A program made the translations under genes and the position numbers. From an uncultured SAR86 cluster bacterium (GTDB taxonomy: Bacteria > Pseudomonadota > Gammaproteobacteria > Magnimaribacterales > D2472), in NCBI GenBank assembly GCA_902605165.1, contig CACLBJ010000002.1:167320-231319 (forward strand): a stretch of 64,000 nucleotides of DNA. Reading direction: 5' to 3'. Positions within the stretch are counted from its first letter, which is position 1; each line of letters opens with the position of its first letter. This document shows positions 39,128-52,199 of this stretch, piece by piece. The notes below the pieces were generated by a model. The model was not told the DNA's origin. It saw only the letters and a program-made list of their open reading frames with translations, and made no database searches.

Positions 39128-41704
39128 GTGTTAGAGGACTATAAAAAGCATTGCAAAGAAAGAGAGGAAATGGGCATCCCCCCTCTTCCACTTGATGCAG
39201 AACAAACAGCAGCAGTAATAAATCTTCTTAAAAATGATCACGACGAAAATGAACTACTGCTTTTTCTCTTAAAAGAAAGAGTTCCAGCGGGAGTTGATGA
39301 TGCGGCATATGTTAAGGCAGGTTTTTTATCAGACTTAACAAAAGGAGAAACTGAAAGTCCTTATATTTCAAAAGAAGATGCGGTTGCTATTTTAGGAACT
39401 ATGCTTGGTGGTTATAACATTCAGCCTCTAATAGATTGTCTAGAAATTGATGAGCTTGCTGATGATGCTGCCGCTGCATTAAGTAATACACTTTTAATTT
39501 TTGATTCGTTTAATGATATTTTTGAGCTTTCAAAAACAAATGAACATGCAAAAAAAGTAATCAATTCATGGGCAAATGCGGAATGGTTTACAAGTAAAGA
39601 AGATATTCCTGAAAACATAAAACTAACTGTTTTTAAGGTTCCTGGTGAAATAAACACAGATGATTTGTCGCCCGCCCCTGATGCTTGGTCAAGACCAGAT
39701 ATTCCACTCCATGCATTAGCAATGCTCAAGATGCCAAGAGATGGTATAAACGAACCACTAAAAACTATTGAAGATTTAAAGAAAAAAGGAAATCCGGTAG
39801 TTTTTGTTGGCGATGTGGTTGGGACAGGTTCTTCAAGAAAATCTGCAACAAATTCAGTTCTTTGGCATATGGGAGATGAAATTCCAGCTATACCAAATAA
39901 AAAAGAAGGAGGTTTTTGTTTCGGAGGCAAGATTGCTCCCATTTTTTATAATACTTTGGAAGACTCTGGAGCATTTCCTATTGAGTGTGATGTTTCAAAA
40001 TTAGAAATGGGTCAAGAAATTATTTTTGAGCCATTTAAAGGGAAAATATCTGATGCTAATTCAAATGAGTTACTTTCTGAATTTAAATTAAAAACTGAAG
40101 TATTACTTGATGAAGTGAGAGCAAATGGAAGGATTCCTCTTATCATCGGAAGACAGTTAACTGACAAAACCAGAGAAGTATTAGGATTGGAGCCAACTGA
40201 TATTTTTAGAAGGCCCAATCAAAATGATACTTCAAAAAAAGGATATACCTTAGCTCAAAAGATGGTTGGAAAGGCGTGTGGCGTTGAAGGGGTTAGACCA
40301 GGCGATTACTGCGAACCAAGGATGAGTACTGTTGGATCTCAAGATACTACTGGACCAATGACAAGGGATGAATTGAAGGAACTAGCTTGTTTGGGTTTTT
40401 CAGCAGATTTAGTAATGCAATCTTTTTGCCATACTGCTGCATATCCAAAACCTGTTGATATAGATACGCAACACTCACTTCCGGAATTTATAAAAACAAG
40501 AGGCGGTGTATCACTCAAACCTGGAGATGGAATAATACACTCTTGGCTTAACAGAATGTTAATACCCGATACTGTAGGGACTGGTGGTGATAGTCATACC
40601 AGATTTCCAATTGGTATAAGTTTTCCGGCTGGGTCCGGATTAGTCGCTTTTGCAGCTACTCTTGGAGTGATGCCTTTAGATATGCCAGAATCAGTTCTAG
40701 TTAGGTTCAAAGGTGAGATGCAGCCTGGAATAACTTTAAGAGATCTTGTTAATGCAATCCCATATGCAGCTATCCAACAAGGTCATCTTACTGTTGCAAA
40801 AGAAGGTAAAAAGAATGTCTTTTCTGGAAGATGTCTTGAAGTTGAAGGTCTACCACATCTTAAAGTTGAACAAGCTTTTGAAATTTCTGATGCTTCAGCA
40901 GAGAGATCTGCATCTGGATGTACCATTAGATTGGACAAAGAGCCAATTATTGAATATTTAAATTCAAATATAGTTATGTTGAGATGGATGATAACCAATG
41001 GGTATGGTGATGCAAAAACACTTGAAAGACGTGCTAAGGCTATGGAAGATTGGATAAAAGATCCCCATTTGCTTGAAGCAGATAAAGATGCAGAGTATGC
41101 AGCCATAATTGAGATTGACTTAAATGAGATCAAAGAACCCCTTTTAGCTTGTCCTAACGATCCTGATGATATTAAACCTCTCTCAGAAGTCCAAAATACG
41201 AAAATCGATGAAGTGTTTCTTGGATCATGCATGACAAATATTGGACACTTCAGAGCCGCGGGACATCTCCTAAAAAAACATAATGGAACTAAGGCAAGAT
41301 TTTGGGTGGTTCCACCTACAAAAATGGATGAGCAACAACTCATGGAAGAAGGTATTTACAATATATTTGGAGTCTCAGGAGCAAGAACAGAGATGCCCGG
41401 ATGCTCTTTATGCATGGGTAATCAGGCTAGAGTACTTGCAAACTCTACAGTAGTGTCTACCTCAACAAGAAATTATCCAAATAGGCTTGGTGATGGTGCT
41501 GATGTATTTCTTGCGTCTGCAGAACTTTCTTCTGTATCAGCAGTACTTGGAAGACTTCCCACTCCAGAAGAATATCTTGAGTTTATGAATGAAATAAATC
41601 CTCTTTCAGAGGAAATCTACAGATATCTTAATTTCAACCAACTGCCTGAATATCTTAACGATGCAAAAAAAGCTGAAATATCAGCAGTAAATATAGTTTC
41701 TTAG
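39128..41704 (+). CDS. acnB: Aconitate hydratase B / 2-methylisocitrate dehydratase
   Basis: HEAT N-domain, [51 protein letters not shown]. Confidence 0.98.
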   Translation: MLEDYKKHCKEREEMGIPPLPLDAEQTAAVINLLKNDHDENELLLFLLKERVPAGVDDAAYVKAGFLSDLTKGETESPYISKEDAVAILGTMLGGYNIQPLIDCLEIDELADDAAAALSNTLLIFDSFNDIFELSKTNEHAKKVINSWANAEWFTSKEDIPENIKLTVFKVPGEINTDDLSPAPDAWSRPDIPLHALAMLKMPRDGINEPLKTIEDLKKKGNPVVFVGDVVGTGSSRKSATNSVLWHMGDEIPAIPNKKEGGFCFGGKIAPIFYNTLEDSGAFPIECDVSKLEMGQEIIFEPFKGKISDANSNELLSEFKLKTEVLLDEVRANGRIPLIIGRQLTDKTREVLGLEPTDIFRRPNQNDTSKKGYTLAQKMVGKACGVEGVRPGDYCEPRMSTVGSQDTTGPMTRDELKELACLGFSADLVMQSFCHTAAYPKPVDIDTQHSLPEFIKTRGGVSLKPGDGIIHSWLNRMLIPDTVGTGGDSHTRFPIGISFPAGSGLVAFAATLGVMPLDMPESVLVRFKGEMQPGITLRDLVNAIPYAAIQQGHLTVAKEGKKNVFSGRCLEVEGLPHLKVEQAFEISDASAERSASGCTIRLDKEPIIEYLNSNIVMLRWMITNGYGDAKTLERRAKAMEDWIKDPHLLEADKDAEYAAIIEIDLNEIKEPLLACPNDPDDIKPLSEVQNTKIDEVFLGSCMTNIGHFRAAGHLLKKHNGTKARFWVVPPTKMDEQQLMEEGIYNIFGVSGARTEMPGCSLCMGNQARVLANSTVVSTSTRNYPNRLGDGADVFLASAELSSVSAVLGRLPTPEEYLEFMNEINPLSEEIYRYLNFNQLPEYLNDAKKAEISAVNIVS

Positions 41705-43188
41705 GTTTTAATTTCTTCTTGTGTGGACATTTTGATAATATCACTTCTTTCTTCTTCGAGATTTTCAAGATATCCCTCTTCAATTTGAGTAGGATAATTG
41801 CCTGTAAAGATAGAAGTCTCAAAATCTTTGATATCTGGATTCCCTTCTTGAACTGAACTTATAAGGTCATCAAGAGATTGATAAATAAGCTCATCAGCAC
41901 CAATTGCATCTGCAACTTCAGCCTCTGTTTTATCATGCGCAATCAATTCTTTTGTTGCTGCCATATCAATTCCATATAGATTTTGATACTTAACAGGAGG
42001 AGCAGCGGATGCAAACAAGACTTTCTTTGCTCCTACCTCTCTTACCATCTCGATAATCTGCCTACTGGTAGTTCCTCTAACAATTGAGTCGTCTACAAGT
42101 AAAACATTTTTATCCTTAAACTCTAAATCAAGAATATTAAGTTTTCTTCTAACTGATTTTTTTCTTTCTTCTTGCAAAGGCATTATGAAAGTTCTACCTA
42201 TGTATCTGTTTTTAACAAAGCCTTGGCGATAAGGTTTCTTTAAATCTGCTGCAAGTTGCAATGCCGCAGTTGTAGAGCTATCAGGAATTGGAATGACAAC
42301 ATCAATTTCATCAACAAGATTAAGATTCCTTATCCTATCTGCTAACTTTAAACCCATTCTCATCCTCGATTTATAAACAGAAATTTCATCAATTGTTGAA
42401 TCAGGTCTAGCAAGATATACATACTCAAATATACAAGGTTTTTTAGAGCTTTCTGAAGAACACTGTTGAGAGAATATTTTTCCTGAGTTATCAATAAAAA
42501 CTGCTTCTCCAGGCTCAACATCTCTTAAAAACTTATAGCCAAGTGCTGAGAAAAGTGCAGTTTCTGATGAAATGATATATTCATTCCTATTTTTACCCTT
42601 TCTTACTCCAATTGTTAGAGGCCTTATCCCAAGGGGATCTCTAAAACCTAAAATTCCATATCCAGTAATCAAAGCGACAACGGCATATGCACCATTAATT
42701 CTCATATGTGTTTTTTCTATAGCAGAAAAATAATCTTTTGGTTTTGGGAATACTGCTTCTTGTTTTGATAGCTCAAGTGCGAGTATATTCAGTAAGACCT
42801 CAGAATCTGACTCAGTATTTATATGTCTTCTTTCAGCATGAAATAACTCAGCAGCAAGTTTTTTTGAGTTTGTTAGATTACCATTATGAGCTAAGCTTAT
42901 TCCATAAGGTGCATTCACATACATTGGTTGAGCAAATTCTTTTCCAACACCTCCAGCTGTTGGATACCGCACATGTCCTATACCAAGATTTCCAGAAAGA
43001 TTATTCATATGCCTCTGTTGAAAGACATCTCGAACATAACCCATAGATTTTCTGCTATTTAATTTTCCACTTGGCTCACAGACAACCATCCCAGCTGCAT
43101 CTTGGCCTCTGTGTTGGAGCATCAATAGAGATTCATAAATCTCTTCAGCTACGTTTTTTTCTGCAGAAATCCCTATAATTCCACACAT
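41701..43188 (-). CDS. purF: Amidophosphoribosyltransferase
   Basis: [35 protein letters not shown]. Confidence 0.98.
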   Translation of the reverse strand: MCGIIGISAEKNVAEEIYESLLMLQHRGQDAAGMVVCEPSGKLNSRKSMGYVRDVFQQRHMNNLSGNLGIGHVRYPTAGGVGKEFAQPMYVNAPYGISLAHNGNLTNSKKLAAELFHAERRHINTESDSEVLLNILALELSKQEAVFPKPKDYFSAIEKTHMRINGAYAVVALITGYGILGFRDPLGIRPLTIGVRKGKNRNEYIISSETALFSALGYKFLRDVEPGEAVFIDNSGKIFSQQCSSESSKKPCIFEYVYLARPDSTIDEISVYKSRMRMGLKLADRIRNLNLVDEIDVVIPIPDSSTTAALQLAADLKKPYRQGFVKNRYIGRTFIMPLQEERKKSVRRKLNILDLEFKDKNVLLVDDSIVRGTTSRQIIEMVREVGAKKVLFASAAPPVKYQNLYGIDMAATKELIAHDKTEAEVADAIGADELIYQSLDDLISSVQEGNPDIKDFETSIFTGNYPTQIEEGYLENLEEERSDIIKMSTQEEIKT

Positions 43189-43191
43189 TCT

Positions 43192-43713
43192 TTATTCCCC
43201 GTTTTTAACTATATCCTCAATATCCGATTCCGCTAAAAGTTCCTTAATGTAAGTCTCTAAAACTGGCAAAAATTCCTCAAAAAATGGTGAAATCTTTGAA
43301 GAAGTAAAGATTTCAGATTCTTTCAAATTCGAAGGTAATAAAAAGTAAACTGCCAAAATTACAATTAAGCCCCTACCAATTCCAAATAATACACCCATAA
43401 ATTTATCAAAACCAGACATTCCAGACCATTTAACTATTCTTGAAATCAAATTGATCAAAAATCCACCAGTTATTATAGAAATTATAAAAATAAGAACAGA
43501 CGCTATAATTTTTGAAGCTTCTTCATTTCCAATAATCTCAAGAACTTTTGGCGTCACATACCCTTCTAAACCTACTGCTGCAAAGAAAGCAAAAACCCAC
43601 AATAGTAATGATAAAAACTCTTTCGTAAAACCTCTAAATAAGGAAATGATTCCTGAGGAACCAATAACAAACAATATGACTAGATCGGCGACATTAAGAC
43701 CTAGGGTTTCCAT
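43192..43713 (-). CDS. cvpA: CvpA family membrane protein
   Basis: RGF.KE.LSL..W, SG.DK..G..FG..RG; cvpA-purF synteny. Confidence 0.92.
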   Translation of the reverse strand: METLGLNVADLVILFVIGSSGIISLFRGFTKEFLSLLLWVFAFFAAVGLEGYVTPKVLEIIGNEEASKIIASVLIFIISIITGGFLINLISRIVKWSGMSGFDKFMGVLFGIGRGLIVILAVYFLLPSNLKESEIFTSSKISPFFEEFLPVLETYIKELLAESDIEDIVKNGE

Positions 43714-44084
43714 AAAACAACCTCACCTGAATCAGTCTCTGAAATCTCATAAATAAAATCTATATTCTTATCAATATCCTCTTTTGTTCTAAAAGGACCG
43801 ACATAGACAGCAGTTAAAGCACTATTGTTTGGTAAGGTTTCAGTATAGGCTGGGAAATAGTTGTTAATATTCTTTTTTAGAGCTTTTGCATTTTCTTCAT
43901 TTTCAAAAACATTAACTCTAACTGCATACATTTCAAAATCATCCATAGTCAAACTTCTAGCATTTGGCGCTAACTGATAACTAATTGAATCCTGATATTT
44001 AGGTTGGGGTGATAGAACAAATATAAAGATGATTAACCCCATTAGAATTACAAATATTAAGCCAACAAATTTTTCTAAATTCAT
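43701..44084 (-). CDS. dedD: Short SPOR-domain protein (DedD-like)
   Basis: N-terminal TM, V.V..F....NA..L, VYVGPF; sits between accD and cvpA. Confidence 0.75.
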   Translation of the reverse strand: MNLEKFVGLIFVILMGLIIFIFVLSPQPKYQDSISYQLAPNARSLTMDDFEMYAVRVNVFENEENAKALKKNINNYFPAYTETLPNNSALTAVYVGPFRTKEDIDKNIDFIYEISETDSGEVVLWKP

Positions 44085-44932
44085 TTTGATATTTTATCCA
44101 AAATCCCAATTATTTTACTCCTTATTTCTGATCTGTGAACAATCATATCTATAGCACCATGCTCAAGTAAGAATTCTGATTTTTGAAAGTCTTCAGGCAG
44201 TTCAACTCTTACCGTTTGTTCAATCACTCTTCTTCCTGCAAAACCAACAAAAGCCTTTGGCTCTGCTATATTTATATCACCTAACATGGCCAAGCTAGCT
44301 GATACTCCTCCAAATATTGGATCAACCATTACAGAAATATAAGGCAGTTTATTTGATTTTAATTTTTGTATTGCAGCAGATGTTTTTGCCATTTGCATAA
44401 GAGAAACCATTGATTCCTGCATTCTCGCTCCGCCGCTTGTTGAGAAACAAATAAAAGGGGTATTAGTCTCTATTGCCTGCTGAATGCCTTGGACAAATTT
44501 CTCTCCAACTACACTTCCCATCGAGCCGCCCATGAACTTAAATTCAAATGCTGCAGCAGTAATTAGCCGTCCATCAAGTTTGCCAAATCCAACCAATAAA
44601 GCTTCACTCTCACCAGTATTCTTCTTAGCTTCCTTAATTCTTGAAGGATATGCCTTGATGTCTTTAAAATTAAGAGGATCATTTGTCTCAACATTTGATG
44701 CAATTTCAGTAAAGTTTCCATTGTCAAAAAAAATATTAAATCTTGTTCTAGCCCCGATCCTTAAATGGTGATCACATTTTGGACATACATATAAGGTTTT
44801 AAGTAACTCAGGTTTGTATAGCGCTGATTCGCATGATGGACAGGACGTCCAAACGCCATCAGGAATCTTACTTTTTTTTGATTTTGAAGAACTCTTTCCT
44901 ATTGACGGAATTAATCTTGTAAGCCAATTCAT
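44081..44932 (-). CDS. accD: Acetyl-CoA carboxylase carboxyltransferase beta subunit
   Basis: CxxC...CxxC zinc finger, FMGGSMGSVVGEK, SGGARMQE, GFAG.RVIEQT. Confidence 0.98.
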   Translation of the reverse strand: MNWLTRLIPSIGKSSSKSKKSKIPDGVWTSCPSCESALYKPELLKTLYVCPKCDHHLRIGARTRFNIFFDNGNFTEIASNVETNDPLNFKDIKAYPSRIKEAKKNTGESEALLVGFGKLDGRLITAAAFEFKFMGGSMGSVVGEKFVQGIQQAIETNTPFICFSTSGGARMQESMVSLMQMAKTSAAIQKLKSNKLPYISVMVDPIFGGVSASLAMLGDINIAEPKAFVGFAGRRVIEQTVRVELPEDFQKSEFLLEHGAIDMIVHRSEIRSKIIGILDKISK

Positions 44933-45717
44933 TATCTAATTGCATCTTTCATAGTACTAATATAATCACTTACTTCATGAAAGTCTTTATTTTCTGAATT
45001 TTTATGAATAAGCTCAACTATTGAAGATCCAATGACTATGCCATCAGAAAAAGATGAAAGAAGCTTAGCATCATCTTTAGTTTTAATACCGAAACCTGCC
45101 ATTACTGGAGTCGTTGAAATAGATTTTATATATTGAATATTTTGTTCAATCTCATTTCCATCAAGATTAGATGATCCTGTGACCCCTCTTAAAGTTACGT
45201 AGTAAATAAAACCAGAACTATTTTTTGCGATTCGCTGTATTCTCTCTTTTGAAGTAGTTGGTGATACAAGTGAAATAATATCTAAATCTTTGTTATCTAT
45301 CCCATAATCTTTAAGTGAAAGTTCGCCAGGGATATCAACCACCAAAACTCCATCCACACCTAATTCATCCGAGCTATTAATTAAATCTTTATACATTAAA
45401 AAGTTATTAATGTAGCCCATTAAAATAATTGGCGTATCACTATCTTTTTCTCTAAATCTTCCAACAAGGTCTACAATTTTTTGAAGATTAGTGTCATTTT
45501 CTAAGCTCCTATCATGAGCTTGCTGTATTGTCGGACCTTCAGCTATTGGATCAGTAAAAGGAACACCAATTTCTAAAATATCTATTCCTGACTCAACACT
45601 CAAATGCATTAAATCAAGTGAAGTTTCAAGATCAGGATCTCCTGCGACTATATAACCAACAAATGCTTTTTGATTAACTTTGGAGAGCTCTTTAAGCCTA
45701 CTCTCTATTCTTTTCAA
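44932..45717 (-). CDS. trpA: Tryptophan synthase alpha chain
   Basis: [25 protein letters not shown]...GVTG, GFGI, G.VIGS. Confidence 0.97.
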   Translation of the reverse strand: MKRIESRLKELSKVNQKAFVGYIVAGDPDLETSLDLMHLSVESGIDILEIGVPFTDPIAEGPTIQQAHDRSLENDTNLQKIVDLVGRFREKDSDTPIILMGYINNFLMYKDLINSSDELGVDGVLVVDIPGELSLKDYGIDNKDLDIISLVSPTTSKERIQRIAKNSSGFIYYVTLRGVTGSSNLDGNEIEQNIQYIKSISTTPVMAGFGIKTKDDAKLLSSFSDGIVIGSSIVELIHKNSENKDFHEVSDYISTMKDAIR

Positions 45718-46910
45718 AGCTTGATACCTTCTATTTCAACGACACTATTTAAATCCTTATCACCTCTCCCTGAGACATTAATAACAATATGCTGTTCTTT
45801 ACTCATTTGTGGCATCAGCTCATCAAGATAAGCAAATGCATGGGCTGTTTCAAGAGCCGGCAATATTCCTTCCATTCTATTAACCATATGAAAGGCTTTC
45901 ATAACTTCGTCATCAGAAACTGCAACATATTTAGCTCTTTTAATATCTTTTAACCATGAATGTTCAGGTCCTACTCCTGGATAGTCTAAACCTGCTGAGA
46001 TTGAAGCAGTTCCCTTAACTTGACCATTTTCATCTTGCATTAAATAACTTTTTGCACCGTGAAGTACTCCAGGTGTTCCATCATTTAATGGAGCAGCATG
46101 CTCACCTGTTTCTATTCCTTTACCTGCCGCTTCAACACCAATTAGCTCCACATCATTCATCTTTATAAAAGGATAAAAAATACCCATAGCATTTGATCCA
46201 CCTCCAACACAGGCAATTATGGAGTCTGGCATTCTTCCAAACGATTCTTGCGATTGTTCAATTAACTCGTATCCGACGACTGCATTAAAATCTCTCACAA
46301 TCATCGGGTAAGGATGAGGACCTGTAACACTTCCTATGATGTAGTATGTATCTTCAATATTTGTAACCCAGTCTCTTAAAGCTTCATTAAGTGCATCTTT
46401 AAGAGTTGCTGAACCTGAATTTACTTCATGAACTTTAGCACCTAAAAGTTTCATCCTATAAACATTAAGTGATTGTCTTCTAACGTCCTCAGAGCCCATG
46501 TATATATGACAATCTAATCCTAATCTTGCTGCAACTGTTGCGGTTGCAACACCATGTTGACCGGCGCCTGTTTCAGCAATAATCCTTTTTTTACCCATAT
46601 ATTTTGCTAAAAGGATTTGTCCAACTGTATTATTAATTTTATGAGCACCAGTATGATTTAAATCTTCTCTTTTTAACCAAATAGATGCAGTGCTGTAGTG
46701 CTCAGTAAGCCTTTTTGCAAAGTATAAAGGAGATGGTCTGCCAACAAACTCTGCAAGATCTCTATGAAACTCCGCATTAAAATCATTATTATCTTTTAAA
46801 GTTTTATATGTCTGCTCTAACTCATCGAGAGCAAACATTAGAGTTTCTGGAACAAACTTCCCTCCGTATTCACCGAAGAATCCATCTTGATCTGGTAAGT
46901 TTTCTTTCAT
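45714..46910 (-). CDS. trpB: Tryptophan synthase beta chain
   Basis: [48 protein letters not shown]. Confidence 0.98.
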   Translation of the reverse strand: MKENLPDQDGFFGEYGGKFVPETLMFALDELEQTYKTLKDNNDFNAEFHRDLAEFVGRPSPLYFAKRLTEHYSTASIWLKREDLNHTGAHKINNTVGQILLAKYMGKKRIIAETGAGQHGVATATVAARLGLDCHIYMGSEDVRRQSLNVYRMKLLGAKVHEVNSGSATLKDALNEALRDWVTNIEDTYYIIGSVTGPHPYPMIVRDFNAVVGYELIEQSQESFGRMPDSIIACVGGGSNAMGIFYPFIKMNDVELIGVEAAGKGIETGEHAAPLNDGTPGVLHGAKSYLMQDENGQVKGTASISAGLDYPGVGPEHSWLKDIKRAKYVAVSDDEVMKAFHMVNRMEGILPALETAHAFAYLDELMPQMSKEQHIVINVSGRGDKDLNSVVEIEGIKL

Positions 46911-47515
46911 TTCTTTATTGAGCTTAGTATTTCCATAATTTTTGTGTGGTCTTTTAAACCAGGAGCAGATTCTACCCCAGAATTAAAATCTAAACACCAT
47001 GGATTTATTTTTAAGGCATTTTCAAGATTTTCAATAGACAATCCTCCTGAAATAATTATCTTTTTCTCAAGCAATAAATCAGAATTTAGTATTCTCCAAT
47101 CAAAGCTACTACCAGTTCCTCCAAACATTCCTTCTTTAAATGTATCAAATAAGATTGCCTCTGCACTATTAAAAAGTTTTATATCTTCAAGAGATTTTGA
47201 GTCTTTTATCCTTAATGCCTTCCAAAATTCATAACCAAGTGATTTACAAAAATCTTCTGATTCATCACCATGAAATTGGATGATCGGATTCTCAAAGCTC
47301 TTTAATGAAGAGTTAATGAAAGACTTATCAGCATTAACAAATACACAAACTGGCCTAGTTTTTTTAAAATCTATATCTTTTATTTCATTAATAAACCCAT
47401 GGGTAACATTTCTTGGACTATTTTCATGAAAAATAAAGCCAACATAGTCAACTTCATTTTCTATTAGGAAATTTAGTGTATCTCTCTTTGTAATGCCACA
47501 AATTTTTATTTTCAT
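46907..47515 (-). CDS. trpF: Phosphoribosylanthranilate isomerase
   Basis: KICGIT, SPR, QFHGDE, GGTG..FDW, SGVES.PG.KD. Confidence 0.95.
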   Translation of the reverse strand: MKIKICGITKRDTLNFLIENEVDYVGFIFHENSPRNVTHGFINEIKDIDFKKTRPVCVFVNADKSFINSSLKSFENPIIQFHGDESEDFCKSLGYEFWKALRIKDSKSLEDIKLFNSAEAILFDTFKEGMFGGTGSSFDWRILNSDLLLEKKIIISGGLSIENLENALKINPWCLDFNSGVESAPGLKDHTKIMEILSSIKK

Positions 47516-48288
47516 ATTCTAATTAAAGGGCTCTTTGCTGGATTGAGTTTTGTAATATTTTCATAATTTGGCCCAAGAAAGATTAACCCTCTTGGATTTA
47601 TAGTAATACCAGCACTATTCCTATCTTTGCTCTCAAGTATCTCTCTTAATGAGGTTTTAATTTGATCTTTACCAATTTCTAATAAAGTCCCTACAATTAT
47701 TCTAACCATATTTTGTAAAAATGCATTTGCAGTTATTTTTATTTCTATGATATTTCCTAATTTATTAATTTCTATTTTTTTTATATCTCTCTCAGGGTTA
47801 TTTGATCCACAACTTAAGCTTCTAAATGATGAGAAATTATGTTTTCCAATTAGGCATTGAGACTCCTCATTCATTTTATCAATATCAAGATCTGATTGCT
47901 CCCAATAATAAAAGTTATCAAGCAAAACATTCCTTGATGGACTATTAAAAATTAGATAAGAGTATGTTCTATCAATTGCGTCAAATCTTGAATGAAATGT
48001 GTCCTCCACTCTGTCTACATCAACTACAGATATATCATTCGGAAGATTTGAATTTAGGCCATTGATCCATTGCATATCTGACCTATCCTGACTTACAACT
48101 ATATCGAAAACCTGTCCAAGAGCATGAACGCCTTTATCAGTTCTCCCTGAGTAATTCATTTGCAAATTATCAACAGAAATTTGCTTGAAAGCTCTTATAA
48201 GCTCATCTTGAATAGAATTTGCATTTTTTTGAGACTGAAAACCAGAATAATGTGTTCCTTTATACTGAATTTTGAAGGCTAGTTTCAA
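47512..48288 (-). CDS. truA: tRNA pseudouridine(38-40) synthase
   Basis: Y.GT.YSGFQ.Q, GRTDKGVHA.GQ, FHSRF, H.FSSFR, AFL.NMVR. Confidence 0.95.
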   Translation of the reverse strand: MKLAFKIQYKGTHYSGFQSQKNANSIQDELIRAFKQISVDNLQMNYSGRTDKGVHALGQVFDIVVSQDRSDMQWINGLNSNLPNDISVVDVDRVEDTFHSRFDAIDRTYSYLIFNSPSRNVLLDNFYYWEQSDLDIDKMNEESQCLIGKHNFSSFRSLSCGSNNPERDIKKIEINKLGNIIEIKITANAFLQNMVRIIVGTLLEIGKDQIKTSLREILESKDRNSAGITINPRGLIFLGPNYENITKLNPAKSPLIRI

Positions 48289-48297
48289 CTTAAAACC

Positions 48298-49506
48298 CTA
48301 TATCTTTGATCTAAGATCAACCGCCTGCTGAATAAGTTTTTGGTTCTTTGCTTTGTCTATTATTTCATCTAACAAAGTTTTAGTTTTTTCATACTCCTTC
48401 ATTTCATACAAAGAAATAGCTAAATCGAACTGCTGAATGAAAGGATCATTTTTAATGCTAAGACCCTTAGGCATTGATGATACAGCATCATCTGTTTTTA
48501 ATTCAGTTTTAGCAGTAACTGAATTCCTTCTAATTAGGAAAACTGCTATTAGAAATCCTACTACCAGGCTCAGTAAACTTACTATTAATAGTTGCAGAAT
48601 GCTTGCTCCGGCATTAATTTCTTCATTTGAAATGTCTATTTCCTCATTTCTTTCAATTTCAATTATTCTTGTTTGAGATTCAATTATAGCTTGTGGATCT
48701 GAAGTAGCTTGTTCTTGATTTTGAATATCAAAATCTTTGATTTTCTTCTCTTGGTTTACCTCAATTCCTTTTTCAATAATTTCTTCAGGTTCAGGAGCTA
48801 CCAATGTAAGCATTTGCTCTGTCTCAAAAGTATTGGCATCTATCATCTCCCTGATACTAAACTTTGCATAAGATTTATCAATTTCTCTAATTGACTGTAA
48901 TTCCGGAACAAGAATATCCATATCATTTCTTATTAAATTAATATTGTCGTCAATAAAGGCATTTCTATTAGTTTCGAAAATACTCCACATTACTTGATAA
49001 ATACTTAAATCTTCATAATTGAGAGATTCAGCCATAGACCATACTGTGGTAATTTCATCAGCTAAAATAATTAGCTCATTAGAAGTTTCTTCTTCCTCAA
49101 TAATTTGAAATCCAGCATCCTCAGCCGCTTCATCTTGGAGGACAGAGGTATATGAATCATCTGAAAGAAAAATAAAGAAGTCTTTTCTGCTTTCTTTTAT
49201 CTCAATTGTGAATAGAACATAAGGACTGTCTGAATCTTTTAATTTTTCAAAACTTAAATTGTATTGACTGATGTTTTCTCTATTTAGACTAAGATTAAAA
49301 AGCAAATCCTTTATTGAGGATGCTGTTTGATACTCATAAAAACTGATATCGCTTTTATTAATTTCCTCTGTGGAATTAATCGTTATAACTACCTGAATAG
49401 TTTTTTCATCTTGGAGAGTTTTTGTAGATAAAAAGGTTATTTCTGATGATAAAAGTGACGAGAAAGAAATAAAAAAAAGAAAAAGTCCTATCTTTTTAAT
49501 TATCAT
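48298..49506 (-). CDS. Reduced FimV/HubP-like polar landmark protein
   Basis: LysM-like T.WS.A...QVM..IF..N.NAF...NIN.I, acidic linker, TM, C-terminal FDLA..L.EM....K.LL.E; asd-fimV-truA synteny. Confidence 0.78.
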   Translation of the reverse strand: MIIKKIGLFLFFISFSSLLSSEITFLSTKTLQDEKTIQVVITINSTEEINKSDISFYEYQTASSIKDLLFNLSLNRENISQYNLSFEKLKDSDSPYVLFTIEIKESRKDFFIFLSDDSYTSVLQDEAAEDAGFQIIEEEETSNELIILADEITTVWSMAESLNYEDLSIYQVMWSIFETNRNAFIDDNINLIRNDMDILVPELQSIREIDKSYAKFSIREMIDANTFETEQMLTLVAPEPEEIIEKGIEVNQEKKIKDFDIQNQEQATSDPQAIIESQTRIIEIERNEEIDISNEEINAGASILQLLIVSLLSLVVGFLIAVFLIRRNSVTAKTELKTDDAVSSMPKGLSIKNDPFIQQFDLAISLYEMKEYEKTKTLLDEIIDKAKNQKLIQQAVDLRSKI

Positions 49507-50494
49507 CAGTTTTTTTCATCAATTCTAGGATTTGAACTGCATTTAAAGCGGCACCTTTTCCAAATACATTATCAGCTACAATCCAGCAAGATATCCAGTC
49601 TTCATTATTAATTTTACTTGAGCGGATTCTTCCAACATAAACATCACTTGTTTTATTTGCATTATCAAGAGCCGTTGGAAAAGCCTCTTTTGATGGATCA
49701 TCAATTACTTTTATACCCTCTTTGCTTTCAAGCAATTTTATTATCTTAGATCTTGAAGCTTCATTTCTTACTTTTATAAATACTGACTCAGAGTGTCCGT
49801 TTATTACCGGAACTCTTACGCAGGTCGAAGTTACATGTATTTTTTCATCTAATATCTTTTTTGTTTCCCAGTCGAGTTTCATTTCTTCTTTTGTAAAACC
49901 ATTGTCTAAAAATTTATCACATTGAGGTATTACATTGCCTGCAATGGTTTTAGAAAATACATTTGATTCGGCAGATATAGACTGAGACTGATCTTCAAGC
50001 TCTTTTATACCCTGCTCGCCTGCACCTGACACTGCTTGAAAAGTAGTTATCATTACACTCTCGATACTGAATTCTTTATGAATATGATCGAGGATCATTA
50101 AGAGCTGCGCTGTTGAGCAGTTTGGATTAGCAATGAGATTAGTTTTTTTACAAATTATATTTCCATTAATTTCTGGAATTACAAGAGGTACATCATCTTC
50201 ATATCTAAAGTAGGAAGACATATCCAAAACCTTACAGTCGGCTTCAATAAACTTTTTCGTATAATCTCTTGCTACATCAGAGCCGGCAGATAATATTACA
50301 TAGTCTGGCCTTTTAAAATCAAAATTATCAATATGTTCAACAGTGCAATCTTTACCTAAAAAATTTATTGTAGAGCCAGCTGATTTTTTACCTAATAAGA
50401 AAATCTCATCTATTTTAAATTCTCTTTTTTGGAGTTGCTCTAGTAAATTTCTTCCAACTAATCCAGATGCTCCAACTATAGCTAACTTAGACAT
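49496..50494 (-). CDS. asd: Aspartate-semialdehyde dehydrogenase
   Basis: [44 protein letters not shown]. Confidence 0.95.
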   Translation of the reverse strand: MSKLAIVGASGLVGRNLLEQLQKREFKIDEIFLLGKKSAGSTINFLGKDCTVEHIDNFDFKRPDYVILSAGSDVARDYTKKFIEADCKVLDMSSYFRYEDDVPLVIPEINGNIICKKTNLIANPNCSTAQLLMILDHIHKEFSIESVMITTFQAVSGAGEQGIKELEDQSQSISAESNVFSKTIAGNVIPQCDKFLDNGFTKEEMKLDWETKKILDEKIHVTSTCVRVPVINGHSESVFIKVRNEASRSKIIKLLESKEGIKVIDDPSKEAFPTALDNANKTSDVYVGRIRSSKINNEDWISCWIVADNVFGKGAALNAVQILELMKKTDDN

Positions 50495-51572
50495 CAGATT
50501 TTTCCTTTATGATGGGAATAAGTTCAGATGCAACCTCATCTGTCTTTAAAAAGGATCTATCTTCTACCAAATCTTTTGTTCTAAAACCTCTTGAGATAAA
50601 TTCTTTTACAGATTCTTCGATTATGTTTGCTGCTTTATGATTTTCAAGAGAGTACCTGAAAGCCATGGCTAGGGAGAGGATCATTGCTAAAGGATTTGCT
50701 AAATTTTTACCAGCTATATCCGGTGCACTGCCGTGACATGGCTCATACATTCCCTGTGATGAACTATTCAGCGATGCAGAGGGTAGCATACCAATAGAGC
50801 CAGTTAATGTTGCAGCAATATCAGATAAAATATCACCAAATAAATTACTAGAAACAATTACATCAAACTGATTTGGTTCAAGCACTAATTGCATTGCAGT
50901 ATTATCAGCAAGCTGGTGTGTCAGCTCAACATCAGGATAGTCCTTTGATAGATTTGTAATTATTTCTCTCCAAAACTTTGAAACTTCGAGAACATTTGCT
51001 TTTTCCACTGAACAAAGTTTTTTATTTCTTTTTTGAGCTGATTCAAATGCCACTCGACCAATTCTTTTAATCTCTTTTTCGTCATAAATCATAGTATTAA
51101 AAGCATGTGGAGGATTTGAAGAAGTGTCTATTCCTCTTGGCTCTCCAAAATAAATACCGCCTGTTAGCTCTCTTACTATTAAGATATCTAAATTACTGAT
51201 AATTTCTTCTTTTATTGGTGATGCTGATGCAAGTTCATTAAAAAGGAAAGCGGGTCTAAGGTTAGCAAATAATCCAAGCTCTTTTCTCAATCCTAACAAA
51301 GCTTGTTCTGGTCTTTTATCCCAATCTAAATCCTCCCATTCTGGACCACCAACAGCTCCAAAGAGGATTGCATCAGATTCTCTTGCTACATCCAAGGTCT
51401 CATTAGGAAGAGGATAACCAGTCTTATCATAAGCTGCTCCTCCAATATCATGAATTTCAATATCAAGATCAAGTGAGTACAAATCTTCAATAAATTTTAA
51501 TATTTCCACTGCAGACTTAGTTACTTCGGGGCCAATGCCATCACCTGGCAAAATAAGAATTTTTTTATTCAT
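50487..51572 (-). CDS. leuB: 3-isopropylmalate dehydrogenase
   Basis: [42 protein letters not shown]. Confidence 0.98.
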   Translation of the reverse strand: MNKKILILPGDGIGPEVTKSAVEILKFIEDLYSLDLDIEIHDIGGAAYDKTGYPLPNETLDVARESDAILFGAVGGPEWEDLDWDKRPEQALLGLRKELGLFANLRPAFLFNELASASPIKEEIISNLDILIVRELTGGIYFGEPRGIDTSSNPPHAFNTMIYDEKEIKRIGRVAFESAQKRNKKLCSVEKANVLEVSKFWREIITNLSKDYPDVELTHQLADNTAMQLVLEPNQFDVIVSSNLFGDILSDIAATLTGSIGMLPSASLNSSSQGMYEPCHGSAPDIAGKNLANPLAMILSLAMAFRYSLENHKAANIIEESVKEFISRGFRTKDLVEDRSFLKTDEVASELIPIIKEKSDV

Positions 51573-52198
51573 TCAAAAATCCATGGATTATTTTCTTTTC
51601 TTTTTTCTTCAAATTTCTTAATTAACTCTGAATCTTTCAGGGTAATATCGATCTCATCAAGGCCATAAATGATTCTTTCAGCTAAATTATCATCAAGATC
51701 AAAATTAATAGAGAGCTTATCTTTAAAAAGTATAACTTTATCTTTTATATTTACTGAAATAGTTATTGGATTATCCATAGAAACTGAAAAAAGTTCTTCG
51801 ATTTCAGTTTTATTGAGCGTTAATGGTAAAACACCATTTTTGAAACAATTATTAAAGAAAATATCGCCAAATGAGCTTGCTATAACAACTTCGATACCAA
51901 AATCTCTTAGAGCCCAAACTGCATGCTCTCTGCTTGAGCCACATCCAAAATTATCTCTTGTGAGTAAAACTTTTGATTCACTGTAAGGTGAATTGTTTAG
52001 AATGAATTCATAGTTTATTTCTCTTTCAGCCTTTTTCATTCCAAGACGACCCTGATCTGTATATCTCCAACCATCAAAAAGATAATCCTCATACCCAAAT
52101 TTTTTGATAGATTTTAAATATTCTGTTGGGATAATTTGGTCAGTATCTATGTTATCTCGATCAATTGGAGCTACTATGCCTTCAATATAGTCTTTCAT
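51569..52198 (-). CDS. leuD: 3-isopropylmalate dehydratase small subunit
   Basis: [37 protein letters not shown]. Confidence 0.97.
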   Translation of the reverse strand: MKDYIEGIVAPIDRDNIDTDQIIPTEYLKSIKKFGYEDYLFDGWRYTDQGRLGMKKAEREINYEFILNNSPYSESKVLLTRDNFGCGSSREHAVWALRDFGIEVVIASSFGDIFFNNCFKNGVLPLTLNKTEIEELFSVSMDNPITISVNIKDKVILFKDKLSINFDLDDNLAERIIYGLDEIDITLKDSELIKKFEEKRKENNPWIFE

Positions 52199-52199
52199 C

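Noticed and set aside
39421..41343. Long antisense ORFs in acnB (173 and 186 aa), plus similar ones in aroC, prpD, purL, alaS and umuD
   Set aside because: They lie fully within well-conserved genes, have no SD or family motifs, and are expected shadows of codon usage.
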